Below are positions 1 to 16,572 of a DNA stretch of 64,000 nucleotides, in pieces. The stretch lies in assembly GCF_009914755.1 (NCBI RefSeq), contig NC_060932.1. One strand, 5' to 3'. This stretch comes from the human T2T-CHM13v2.0 reference genome, Homo sapiens. The translations under genes were made by a program, and so were the position numbers. How positions within the stretch are numbered: position 1 is the stretch's first letter; every line of letters begins with the position of its first letter. The notes beneath the pieces were generated by a model. The model did not search any database, was not told the DNA's origin, and saw only the letters and a program-made list of their open reading frames with translations.

Positions 1-72
1 CTCTGTGGTGCGCTTGCTTAGTACGTTTGGTTGTTAACTGAAGGGTTAGTTGTTCAAACTCACCCAGGGATG
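1..72 (+). pseudogene. tRNA-Asn(GTT) pseudogene, first 2 nt outside the window
   Basis: Ungapped match to recalled human tRNA-Asn GTCTCTGTGGCGCAATCGG...CTGTTAACCG...CCCACCCAGGGACG, 55/72 identical by hand count. Anticodon GTT at 33-35. Many CpG>TpG/CpA changes; B-box GGTTCGAG decayed to TGTTCAAA. Confidence 0.85.
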
Positions 73-144
73 ATTTGATCGTCTCTTCAGGAACTTGTGA
101 GCAATGCATTTCAGGAATTCATTACTCCTTTGTGAAGCGCTGGT

Positions 145-310
145 GCAGTGTTCTCTAAACTGGTCTGTTCTGCTAAATATCACCCCAGGTACTTGTTAAA
201 ACCACAAGTTCCAGTACCTTGAGGTTCTGATCCAGTTGTTCTGAGAAGGTGCCTGAAAATCTGTCCTTGTAAAGACATACCCTTCATTTCCGGAAAATTA
301 TCATCATCAT
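145..310. mobile_element. MER5-like hAT-Charlie DNA transposon fragment
   Basis: cagtgttctctaaactgg...atcaccccaggtacttgttaaaa...ttctgatccagt resembles the MER5A/B consensus. Confidence 0.55.
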
Positions 311-326
311 TCAAGTTCACATAGAA

Positions 327-1352
327 GCTGTGTATAAAATAAAGGAATTGGCTCCAGAGTCACACTGTTCAGGACTGAATTTCTGCTTTTTCATTTGCCA
401 GCTCTGAAAAATTTCCCAGCCCCCTTCTAAAGTAGCCAGCAGTGACTCTTGATCATAGCATCATGCTGTAATTCTCAACACATTGGTATCTGATGTTTTC
501 ATCTTCATTTTATTGTTTGCTCATTGTCCGTTTCTCTTAATTTGCCACCGCCCAACTCTTCCCACAGTGGTCTTGTCCTTTGTCAATTTAGCTAAGCTGA
601 GGGTGAGTTGAGGCTGCATTTGGTTGGCCGTCAGAACTTCCTGCATGAGATTTGAGAGGTGAGAGTGAAGTGGCAGCCGATGTTCTCCAAAGGTCATCAT
701 TAGTTAGAAGAGGTGAGGGACAGATGCAAAGAGGCCAGTAGTTTCCAGCTTGTCATCTCTTTTCCTCACTACATGTCAAGGCCTCCTTCTGACGTCCAGC
801 CCTGCAGACCAATGACAACCACAGGCTCCTACCAGGTGCCACTCTGTGAACCCCCAGAGGGGGGCAGCCACCAAGAGCCAGGCTTCTATACCATTCTGGG
901 AGCCAGACTTGCCTATTGCCACTCTTTCACTCACTCAAGAGCTGATTAAGTTCTATTCTGATGGTTTTTAAAAACTGTATATTCCCAGCAACTCCCACAA
1001 TTGTGTAAGGTTGAATAATGCCTTATTTAATATCATTTGTTGTGATTCCATCTTCATGATTAAACCCTAATGGCTTCATGTAAATTGTGTGAAGTCTAAG
1101 ACCTGGACTGTCTTGTTCATCACTATTTCCTCAATTCCTAGAACTGAGCCTTACACGCATTCAATAAGTATTCGCTGAACAGCTGGTGAAAGTGACAGTT
1201 TCCTTATCTATAAAATGGGGGTACTAATGCTTCTCTCATTTAGTTGGGTAAGAATAAATGAAATACGATATAAAGAGCTCATTAGTGTTGCTGGCAGAAA
1301 GTAAGTAAGCACTGATATATGATAGTTGTTGCTGTTGTTATTGTTGTTGTTA
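327..1352. mobile_element. Nested MIR (327-410 and 1196-1352) interrupted by L2 3' end (410-545 and 1078-1185), itself interrupted by an ERVL LTR
   Basis: MIR core cagtttccttatctataaaatggg at 1197; L2 tail tgtcttgttcatcact...caataagtatt; halves appear colinear across the inserts. Confidence 0.55.
565..1078 (+). mobile_element. ERVL LTR (LTR41-like)
   Basis: Start agtggtc...tgtcaatttagctaagctga and end ...tgattaaaccctaatggcttca resemble LTR41 termini. Confidence 0.5.
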
Positions 1353-1825
1353 CGGCTTTAAAAATATCAAATCTGCCACATGGAATCAAGCACTTATAAG
1401 TGTGTGATACAGTCTGTCTCAAGAGTCAATCATCTCCCAATCAAACTGAATTTAGCCTTGCCTCTGCCCTAGAATCATAATGGCATCCCAGGGAACTAAA
1501 GAGCCAGAGAGAATGCTAATGAGTCCCAGTCCAACACCCATGTTCAAGAGATGAGAGAACAGAGGCCTGATCAGTGAAGAGATTAACCAAAGCTATCCAC
1601 TAGTTAGAACTAGTAATACGTTTTATCAAAGCAGTAAAGAGTTCTTTCTGTGAACTTACAGAAAATAAAAGTTTTAAAACACTTTGTCCAGCTGAAGCAA
1701 TCATAGCTACATATATGTATGTAGCTATGACTCCATGTGGCATGGCCCTTGTGGCTGTGTGTTATTGTTGCCTAACAATGTTTATTAACCCTGGTAATGG
1801 TGTTCTCCTTTTCCAATGGGTAGAA

Positions 1826-1948
1826 TGAGGATGGATCCTGGTTTCCTGGACAGTGCAGTTCATGTTTATGCCCTAGTTTAATTATTAAGTCTCCCCTTTA
1901 ACTCTCAAATGTGTCCAGTTTGTTCAAAAAATTATATCGTTTTCTTAT
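1826..1948 (-). mobile_element. MER94-like hAT MITE
   Basis: cccctttaactctcaaatgtgtccagtttg matches the MER94 reverse complement. Confidence 0.5.
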
Positions 1949-1949
1949 C

Positions 1950-2888
<939 letters not shown>

Positions 2889-5164
2889 TTACACTGGACT
2901 TTGCAATACCGAACTCACCATTTATTCATTTAATAAACATAAATTGGGCACGTTATGATCTCAAAAAGTTTATATTCTATTTATGAAAAAAATTAAAAAA
3001 CAAAAGGATAACTGCTAAACATAGAGTGAAATGCCAGGCCTTATGAAATGTGATTGTGGGATTATTGCTGACAGATTCGATGAGTAGGTGAGTAACGAAG
3101 GCTTCAGAGAGAAGACATCTAAAGCAACTTTAGGGTATTCACAAGAATTTACTATGTAGTCAAGACATTCTGAGGAAACCCATGAAGAGAGAAGACAGGC
3201 AAATCATAGAGATGGCATATATTTGGGGAAATAAAAATATTTGTTAAAGTGCAGAGTACACAGGAGAAACTTGGAAGAAGGGTCTAAAGAGAGAACGGGA
3301 AGTTCTGGTTTACCGCACTGAGAATTTTAGACTTTTATACCGTGGGCAGTAGAGAACAATGAAAAGGAGGCCAGATCAGGTTGTTCTGGCTTCTCTTGGG
3401 CTGCTATAATCAGACTGTTTTGTTCTTCATTTGGCCACCCTTTCAGGCAACCACACATAGAATTACATGGTCTTCTTTCGTGATATATCCCCACAAAACC
3501 TGGATCATTTCTGAGAGAAGGCACTGCCCAGGAGAGCTGGAGTCTGACCATGTGTATTGCACTTAATTCAGAACTGTTCTCTTCTTTCTGAGCCCTTTGG
3601 CTAATTTATAGACAGCCTCTGTTGTTTTTTGCATTTTACTCCATCTTCATTTCCCTTATCAATTTTCCTTTGCTTTGGACTAGCCATTCCTTAATCTCTC
3701 AGGCCACATCTCCTCCCTTTCTTGTTTTATGGATACAATGATCAGATTTGCACTTTAGAAAGACAAGAGTTTCAAACAGGGTATAAGGACAAGAGTTTCA
3801 AACAGGGTAAAACTGAAGTCAGTGAAAGAAGATGGAAGGTTGTTACAAAAATGCAGCAGACAAATGGGGGTATATCATTGGGGGAGGGATGATGGAGAGA
3901 ATGATTTGCAGCCATAGCCATTCCACATGTGGGGTGAAATGAATGAATGCAGTTGGGGTCTGTGTATCAAAAAGCAGTTAGCATATGTTTCGAGAGAAAT
4001 GCCAGCATGTGGAGGCTTAAACTACATTTGGAATTGAATTTCCAGGCTCAGTAAATTTACAATATGCTTCCTCAACCTCCCCACCCCCCTGCTCCTCAGC
4101 TCAATGAAATAGCTAAATAATTAAATCCTGAAATGCTTCTAGGATATGCTTTGTTGTTGAAACACATCTGCTGTATGTTGGAGAAGCCCTTCCCAGCAGA
4201 TGTTCTTTTCCTTTGGCTTGTTTATCTATGGAAATGAATATCTTAAACCTTCTCCCCTGCCAGGTTTAATAAAAAGGAATTCTTTCCACACTCATCTTCT
4301 TCACTATGCTTCTTGTGGTCCTTTATCAAACCATTAAGGACATATGCTGTGCAGTTAATTATATTTTCCTCCTACTGCAGTGCACCAATCCAGGGAAAGG
4401 CCATCTTCAGCTCAGAACACAGTGCAGAAGAACTAATCTGCACACAGCATTCTCTCCCAAAGAAACAGTCTCTGTAGTTGGATAAAAAGATGCTGGAAAC
4501 CAGATCTCTAAAGAGACTGTGCCCTTTCTCATTAGCCCTGGTACAGGGCAGCCTATTCTTTGAGCCATTATTTAATAGAGTTTAGTAAAAGTATGACCCA
4601 CCAATAAACTAGGAGACCGAGAAAACAATAAATTGAGACAGGAGAGTTTGATGACACCAAAAACTGTATATTCATCCAGTTTGGGAAAGACTAAAAGTTG
4701 TGGAGAACAAGGAGGTAGACAGAGTTTCATATGCTCTTCATAAAAATCATGAACATGAAGAAATGCTTAACAAACTGCTAGGCGACATTATTAATGGCCT
4801 CTGAATTTATTGAAACCCCGAGTGAAAGACACACTAGGGAACTCTTAAGAGAGACATTTGCTTTCTATTTAGCATGAAGAGGGTCAAGATTATATCGATT
4901 CAATAAAAAGACATAACTAAGTCATCTTTGAAATACAGATGAGGGAGGAAGAAAAAGAAAATTTTAATTAAAGTTAAGTCTGGTACAATGTAGCAGCATG
5001 AGAGGCCATAAGGATTATTCTTAAATTATTTGCATATGTTATAATAAAAAGAAAAAATGCTTTCTTATATTAAAAGTGAGCTAAGTATTTGACTCATGAA
5101 TTTCATTTTGTGTAGCATTTAATGTTACTAAGTCCTTAGAACCTGAAATTTTAATCATGGTTAA

Positions 5165-5470
<306 letters not shown>

Positions 5471-5797
5471 TAACTTTTCTTAACAGTATTTGGCTTATAT
5501 TTTATAGATCAGTATCCTGTTATAAGAGAAGTATTGTATTATAAAAAAGAAGCCAGTCTACTTTTTCTTCCCATGGAAAGAACACTTTTTTTTCCTTCTG
5601 TGTAGGTAGTTGTGAATGTTTTTCTTCACACTTGAAATTTATGTTTCTGCCAGGGTGTGTCTCCATGTGTATGCATGTGTGACTCCGAGTTTTCTTAGTG
5701 ACATCCTTCCATCTGCATACTTAGGTCTTTGGCTCAGAGCAGATCTCTTAAATACTCTATCACTGCTTGTTGCACTTACTGATTTCCTTTTCAGGTT

Positions 5798-8543
<2,746 letters not shown>

Positions 8544-11500
8544 TATGGCAATTATACAAATATTGGCAAGATATTTCTCTCTTTCTTAGACTTGTGCAAT
8601 CATCTTCTCTTTTGGCCCCTCTCTCTATTTTCATGTCTTTGATTTCTCAGGATTTTCTCCACAATCTTGATTTGATTTTTTCAGTCTTATCTTTTTTTGC
8701 CTCCATCTGTCTTCAATATGGTTTGTAATTTTCCTACTATAATTTTGGTGTTTTTGAATTTTTTTTAGCTCACCTAACTTTGTTTTTACCCTATTCTGCT
8801 GTTCTTTTACTTCAGTCTATTTTTTCTTTGTGACATGACTTCTATTTAATAGATACTTTTTTTGGTTTATTTCATTGAAACAATGTTTAAAAATCATTTT
8901 GAATTGCAAAAACATGCCCAATATTTTCTTAGCTCTCTCTACTCAGGCTTGAATAAAATAAGGTGTCTCTAGATTGGATGTTTGCCAATAATACATGGAT
9001 TTCCCTTAACTCTGCTACCCATTTGTCCAATGTTGGAGTCCCATCTCCAATCTTCAAGTGGAGATTCGGTAATGGGCAGAGTTCCTAGCCCATTTCCTGA
9101 TCTCTGTAAGATATCTAGGTTACATGGGTCTATTTAATTGAGCTAGGAACTTCTCTAGCCCTGATGCATATGATATAGTCTATCCACTCTCCAGCATGCA
9201 CTGCTTCTACATATTATTTAAATTGTCTTTCACTGTTTATTATTGAGAATCATACTTTCTACACACTGCCCCACCTCCATCAACTCCTGACATTTTCTGT
9301 TTTGCTATATGTTTGAGGGGTCGAAGACATAGAAGAGAGATGGATGACTGATTGAAAAAAATCGGTGCCCATGAAGTAGAAGTATAGCTTCCTGGTTTTA
9401 ATCCAGTAGAGACCTGTGTGTCTTTATCAGGTGGACAGTCTGAGATGGAAAAATTGTCTTTCAATTTCCTTTGAGGAATACTTTGGACATGAGTAAAACT
9501 ATTTGCTGAAGACTGTGTAGATGGTTTTTGAATTTTTTATCGCAACATATTTGATTGGATTCAAAATTATTAAAAATCTTTCCCAAATTCAAGTCTTAAT
9601 CTCAGGAGAGGTAAATTTTTGCCTTGTTCACTGTCTTCATGGGCAGCACGACAATGGATGGAGGAGCCTGTAATAAGAGCTGCTAAAATGCCAGATGCCT
9701 TTTAAAACTGGAAGGCACCCAGCAATTAGCATCTGTTCAGTGATTGGAAAATAGTAGATGGCTTACATACAAATGAACCTTTGGAATACAACCCATTCAT
9801 AATGTGGGGACTAGGTGTACTCTAAACATTGCAGAATAATTATTTTAAAAAAGAAAAAAAGCTAAGACTTGGAAGAAAATCATTATTGTCATCACAAGTT
9901 TGAAGATGAGAAAAGAAGATAAAGAAGAAATAAAACTCCATCCTGTCACACACATATAATTCATTTTAGATGAGAAAAATAATGTACAGCAATGAACTAA
10001 TGTGTTCCAGGTGACAGAAACTGCAGGAACTGCAGTTCAGACCCAAGTCTGTCTGAATTCAGAAACCAGATTTCTGCTGCCATGTATATCATTTCTCCAT
10101 GAGCTCAAGAAATGCTGAAAGGGTTTCTCTCAAATTTCTGGCCACATGTAAATGACCACATATACATATAATGCAAAGAATTTCTGTTTTGGGGTCCTTA
10201 ATGTCTTCTGTTCCTGCTAAATAAAATTTCTTTTTCCCTTGAGGCCTGGCATAAGCCCAGGGAGGAAAGAGCTGCTGGAGACCAAGCCAGTGGAACTCTA
10301 CCACACTTGATCCTTTCTCTCTCCTTTAATGTCCAGTCCTTATCTTTGGACCAGGCAGGCACTAATGTAATCAAGTGCTTGAATAAAGCAACCTACATTT
10401 CATACGTGTTGTGAGTTTTCTGGCAGTAGATACAATGTTTTCTGCATTATGTCTTTCATTCCACCATGCCTTTAACATTTGGAGTTCAGTGCTATCTAAA
10501 TGATGGGCAGGCATAGAGGAAGGGTGGATAATTTTTGTTAGGGAAAAGAGCAAGTGTAACAGATTCATAACTCTGTCGAGGTAACGAAAGTAACTGGTAC
10601 ATGGAAAGTAATGTCAGGAACCCTCTGCCAGCACAGCAGCTCTGAACCAGAGAGCTGACGATTCTTCCCTCTTTTGAATGGACTGGAGGGTAGGAAAGAG
10701 AGGGATGTACACTCATATTGTGTACATTGGCCAGTCACATTGTCTGCCACCTGATACTGTACAGTGTACTCACTGAAATTTTAAAAAGACAAGATCTGTT
10801 CCCATGACTATCTTTTATAATTGGTATTCTCATACCAATTTTACAACTGGTGGGTTTTAAAGAATCTGGTATCATCTATCTTGGTGGATGTGAGAGCAAT
10901 AAGTAGGCAAAAACCATGGAATAGTTCTGGCAATACTAACATAAACAACTAAAATTCCATTTCCTACTCACCTTCCTCCTCCTCACTCCTCATTTCCCTG
11001 CTTGTCAACTTTTTTTATTTTATTTTATTGTTGCCATGCTTACAGGTTTCTATAAAAGTCTTTCACCTGTATTCTCAAAGCTGATTTTAGAGCCTGGACA
11101 AAATAAAGATTAAAGCCAGTTCTGGGGATGAACCACTAATTCTTATTGAACAATCATAGGAAACCTTTCATGGGTAAAAGAGAGCTTCTTTATGTGTCTT
11201 TAAAAAGCGAGTGTGTCATCCATCTTCCTCAGGCATTGTTTTAGAGAAAGCGCTTTTAAGAACTGCACCTTTATGAGCTGTGTTTACATAGCATCAAAGA
11301 GCAAAAAATAAACAAGCAACAAATCAAAACAACAACAAACGTCAATTGTCTGGGTACTGGTTCCAAACACATTAAACAGTGGATGTTTGATTTTTTATTT
11401 TTGAATCTAGATGTTAGATGCACATATCTGATTCATTGTTTCATGCCCCAAAGCACCTAGCTCTCTGTCTTGCACCTGGCATATATATCCAATACATATT

Positions 11501-12269
11501 TATTGAATGAATAAATGCATGATTGAAGACGACACATGAATGTGGGTAACTGATGGCATTATATTGAAAGGAGTTGAAGAGATAGTCTTGAGACTCTCTT
11601 TTGTATTGAGAGAAACACAATTTTAAGAAAATAGAATTTCTCTGTTGTTTTTGTGTATTAGGACTCTGAATTCTCTAATGCAATATTCTCAGTCATTGCA
11701 TGCTAGACAAAAGTAGTGGATGAGAGACAGTCTTTCTTTAACTGAGATGACACTTCAGCTAAAATTGCAGTTAACACTATAGCCTTTGTTAGCAGTTCAT
11801 CCACATATCTGAATCTACAATTGTTATACATAATACAATGGGTCCAAAGGTGAGTATGCCTAGGTTTATTCTGTGTGATAGATGGCAGAACAAGAGTCAA
11901 AAGAATGAAAAAAGCAAAGTAGTAGATTTTAGCCAGATACAAGAAATGATAGTCCAACAACATGAACTTCTACTCAATATAAGAGCAGCTGCATAAAATA
12001 GCAGTTTCTACCAACAGTGGGAATATTTAGCTCATTGATATGCATAAAGTGCTTAGAATACAGTTTTGCATATACAAACATTACATAAACATTTCTTCAA
12101 AAAACCAAGGTGAAAATATCTGAAGTACTGAATAGATGAACCCTGTGTTTTATAAAAGCTTTGAATCAATGAATTTTGTAATGGCTGGGATATTTTGGAT
12201 GAAAGTGCAGAAATTGACTCTAGAATTTTTATGCCAAATAGAATTTTACTGGAAGAATGATGCAGGGAC

Positions 12270-12612
12270 GTAGATTCATAATAGTGAAGACAGGCTGAAG
12301 AACACATTTGGAATAGGTTTCAGGAAGTCACAGAGGTTCCAGGCACCATCTCCTGGATGAGTGAGAACTCAATTATTTTCAGAATTTTTATTGTTCTAAC
12401 TCATAACTCAAGTTTCATGAGACGGGCATCTGATAGACCTTGCCTCTTGGGTCACACCCCTGCCTCTTGGCTAGGAAAAGGTAGGTCATTCAATTAAACT
12501 GCCAAACCAGACTGTATGCACTGATGAGAGATTCCTCAAGAGAAAAAGGAAGTGCTCTTTGCAAGAGAAAGTGCAATGGATATTGGATAAGCAAAAGCAA
12601 CAAAGGCCTACA
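12270..12612 (-). mobile_element. MLT1K/L-like LTR fragment
   Basis: gggtcacacccctgcc...aatggatattggataagcaaaagcaacaaaggcctaca end pattern. Confidence 0.5.
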
Positions 12613-12854
12613 ATATCCTTTAAGCCCCTTCCAGACCTATGATTCTGGAAAACTCTAGCCATATGATACTGGAAATTTCAAATGCATGAGCTCCATGACC
12701 TCCTCATTTGCTCCATGAGTATTTTGGCTACAGGCACATCGTTGCTTAATATTCCTATCTGATAATGACAAGAAACTCACACTCCCGAACACAATGGTTA
12801 TGCATGCTGTCTCCTCCCACATGTGCTTAGCCACTCTGGGTAAGAGAAAGACAG

Positions 12855-13130
12855 ACTGGAAAGTGGAATATTCTGGGCCTGACAGAATGGACCCTGCAGC
12901 CAGCCATCTTGACTGTGAATCTTGAGTCAACCACTTACTTATGACTTTATGCAATTAATTAAACCATTATACATATCTCAGTTTTCTCATTTTACCAAAC
13001 TTATAGGCTTGTTATATGAAAAGATTAAATTTGATAATGCATTCAATGCAATTAAACAGACTGGCACCAATTTGGTTTCCACAGTAAAGGACTGCTGACA
13101 TTTTATTAATGTTAATATTATAATTAGTAC
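12855..13130. mobile_element. MIR
   Basis: ctcagttttctcatt core, aagattaaatttgataatgc. Confidence 0.65.
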
Positions 13131-13401
13131 TATCATCAACCACTATTACTTTATTGTGAAGGATTCATCTCAGACACCAAGGCTGGTACAAGGCAAATTT
13201 GCAAAGATGACCAAATTCTTCTTCAAGCCATTGTGCTTCCTGAAGGGAGGAAAAGTACTGAAGGTAGAAGCAAAGTGTTACAGGAAAAGCAGAGAAGGAG
13301 AGCTCAACGCCTGCGATTCTTAACACTTAACACGCCTTGTAATGGCTCTACCACACAGTGTAGACCAGACACTCTTAGACTTTCAACAGTAACCACAGTT
13401 A

Positions 13402-13463
13402 AAGCAAAACAGAACAAAACAAATGAGAAACAAAACAAACAACAACAACAACAACAACAACAA
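13402..13463 (+). repeat. (AAAAC)n/(CAA)n simple repeat
   Basis: Seen directly in the sequence. Confidence 0.85.
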
Positions 13464-13519
13464 AATCCCTTATCTTCTCTCTCCAGCCAGGGCATAGCTT
13501 TTTAAAAGACATTTTTTGG

Positions 13520-13845
<326 letters not shown>

Positions 13846-14384
13846 CTATCCATTTGTAAGCAGAGAAAGTATGACTGTAAACTACCTTACTCTGTATTAC
13901 ACTAACCAGTTGCTGTTGGCATTCAGTACATATATTCTTGCAGTACTGATTTCCATGTAGACGCTTTTTATAAAAACAAATGAAAATAAAATATAATTAA
14001 ATGATACTGAAAATTAAGAGAGTACCAGTTACAGTACTGAATGGGATAGCTCTGCACACCCTGTGAAGTAAAAGACCCTTAGGACATAGATCCCCTTTCA
14101 GGCTACAGAATAATTTAGAGGAAACCCAGTCCCTTGGGATCAATGTGGCAGGAGTTAGCCAGAATGACTCTTCATCCAGGAAAGCCAGAAGCAATACTAC
14201 TGCCTTGATTCACAGAACCCTGAGCCACAGGGTTAACACATCTGCGTATGCTCTTTACTTGTCCTCATTTAATTGGAGTTTTTATACAATTTTGAAGTGA
14301 GGTGTTTCAGTTTCTTAGGGGTCATTAAAATATTTGGTTCCTGTGACTACTGACATACTAATGTGTATTATATGTCGACATGTT

Positions 14385-14560
14385 TTTTATTCAGTAGTTT
14401 CTCAAAAAAAAACTGTGAGAGAGAAGTTAGCAAGCCCATTTTATAGATGAAGAAACTGAAGCTCAGAGAAATGAAAATATTTGCCCCATTTTACACACCT
14501 TCTAATGGCATAGTAGAACAAATTTCACATTTTGATATAAAATTTTATTCTTTACTCTCC
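14385..14560. mobile_element. MIR
   Basis: cccattttatagatgaagaaactgaagctcagaga core. Confidence 0.7.
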
Positions 14561-15437
14561 AGGGTTGCTATTTCATTGTTTTGATACTGAGGTTGTCATT
14601 TGCCTCTTTTGAAAAAACATGTTGGGTCCTGAAATAGGGTTTGTGGGATGTCAATCCCAATAACTCTTGTCTGAAAGTAGAAGCCAGTGAGATAGACTTA
14701 GGAAACCAAACAGCTGAGATGGAGCAGGCTCAAAGATGATAGAAAAACAAGGCATTCCTCTGGGCTTTTGGCCTGTTCTCTGAAGCATTCAGAGGGGATC
14801 ATGAAGAGTAAAAGCATAGGTAGATTACATTTCACTGTTAATGGATTTTAACTCACTTTTAATTCAGCAGCAAATGGAAGCATCTCTCGTTCTTTGCAAA
14901 TCTAACATCCCATTATTCCTCTGAAGTATCATTGGCTGACTGTTTTAGTCAATGTTGGCATGGATACAGATCTAGTAAAAGTCAGGGCATTCTAATACAA
15001 TTTACATTTTTTCCCAATTACCATTTAACTCATCTGATATTTGCCACATGGTAAACTTGTCCACAATCCAGACATGAGATATCTGATTTTTAAAAATTTT
15101 ATAAATAACATTTAGTGTTATTTTTTCTTAATTGAAAAATAATATATTTGCATTAAAGGGCTTTTGGAAAACATGAAAATACATAATAAAAGAAAGAACA
15201 CTATGGTCCAACCAACCAGAGACAAAGACAATTAACAGTATATAATGTATGATTTTTTTCACTATCCATATGCACATATGTTTTAACAAGACTGAGATCA
15301 TATTACCTGTATCAATTTATAACGTACTTTTCTCAAATTTAATAAAATACCATGAGTACTTTTATAATTCATTAATAGTCTTCTAAAACCTTATTTTTGA
15401 AAGCTGCTTATGTGTTTTATAATTTTAAAAGCTAACA

Positions 15438-16572
15438 TTTTTTGTTCTGCAAATTTAAAATATTTATTGGAATAAAAGTATAAACATAGGTTCAAGAAAA
15501 CAACACGACACTACTTCATATTTGATACGCATTTTTTTCCTGATTAATATGAGTAGTGTTCAAAATTCTCTAAAGGACTCATATTTTTCTTCTATACCTT
15601 TGTACTGTAAGTGTACCCAACAGAAAAGTTCCCTCCTTTGGTCATGAGCTCACAATAGATGTGGTCATGACAGTTGTGCTCCTACAGATGTTTCTTGGCC
15701 TTGTCCAGGATATACTGGAAAATTGTCTATGGCATTATCTATTAATCACAGGACAGACACTCAAGTACCCTTGATCATCATGAATTGTATCTTCAGGAGC
15801 AAAATATGGATGCACTGGCTCAGTAGCAGATATTTTAGTGAATGCAAAGATATGGGATCCATTACCAACATTACAAAAGGAAATGATCCCAATATCCATA
15901 GTCAGGAAAAATCCCACTTGGTGTAACTAGGGGCTCACCTTGAATTCCCATGTGTTATGGGAGGGACCAAGTGGGAGATGATTGAATCATGGGGGCAGGT
16001 CTTTCCTGTGCTGTTCTTGTGATAGTGAATAAGTCTCACGAAAACTGATGGTTTTATCAATGGGAGTTCCCCTGCACAAGCTCTCTTTGCCTGCTGCCAT
16101 TCACATAAGGTGTGACTTGCTCCTCTTTGCCTTCCACCATGATCCTGAGACCTCCCCAGCCACGTGGAAACATAAGTCCAATAAATCTCTTTCTTTTGTA
16201 AATTGCCCAGTCTGGGATATGTCTTTATCAGCAGTGTGAGAACAGACTGATACATCCAGAGACCAAAGGCATAGTGCTGGCAGTAAAGTATTGCCCTTCT
16301 CTTAAACCCCCAGTCCAGAAGCCAAGGGCTGAAAAAAATAGAATTTTCCCTTGCGGATTCACAGATTCTACGAAAAGGTCCATATCCTGGTCTTTGCTTG
16401 TGCCCAGGTAATGTTCCCAGTGCCCAGTCATGGCGGCTGGAAGTGAACAGAGGGGAGCCCAGATACAAAAAGCAGAGTTGAACCTCTCAGCGGGCTCTTT
16501 CCTATTCTGTTTGAAATGCCCGCAACTGACATTCCTCAGGTCATCAGAAATGATAAGCTGGTTATTGGCTAT
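15438..16572 (-). pseudogene. Ret finger protein-like (RFPL4A/RFPL1-3 family) 5'-truncated, probably processed pseudogene: PRY/SPRY (B30.2) domain plus 3' UTR
   Basis: Minus-strand translation across frameshifts: IANNQLIISDDLRNVSCGHFKQNRKEPAERFNSAFCI/LGSPLFTSSRHDW/WEHYLGTSKDQDMDLFVESVNPQGKILFFSALGFWTGGLREGQYFTASTMPL/LWMSP*LHQVGFFLTMDIGIISFCNVGNGSHIFAFTKISATEPVHPYFAPEDTIHDDQGYLSVCPVIN. It is colinear with RFPL4A TANNYLIISEDLR...LGTPRFTSGRHYW...LWVSPQLHRVGIFLD...DDQSILSICSVIN. Stop at 15927-15929; minus-strand AATAAA at 15463-15468; no RING region upstream. Confidence 0.88.
15934..16254 (+). mobile_element. THE1A-like MaLR solo LTR lacking the first ~30 nt
   Basis: cttgaattcccatgtgttatgggagggacc...gtctttatcagcagtgtgagaacagactgataca. 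Confidence 0.92.

Noticed and set aside
11790-11855. Strong splice donor AAG|GTGAGT (also CAG|GTAAGT at 29112-29120) as exons of a host gene
   Set aside because: Isolated consensus 9-mers are expected by chance in 64 kb and no coding homology is visible. A lncRNA exon cannot be excluded without RNA data.
13233-13505. PolyQ/polyC-containing ORFs
   Set aside because: Translations of a (CAA)n microsatellite with no exon context.
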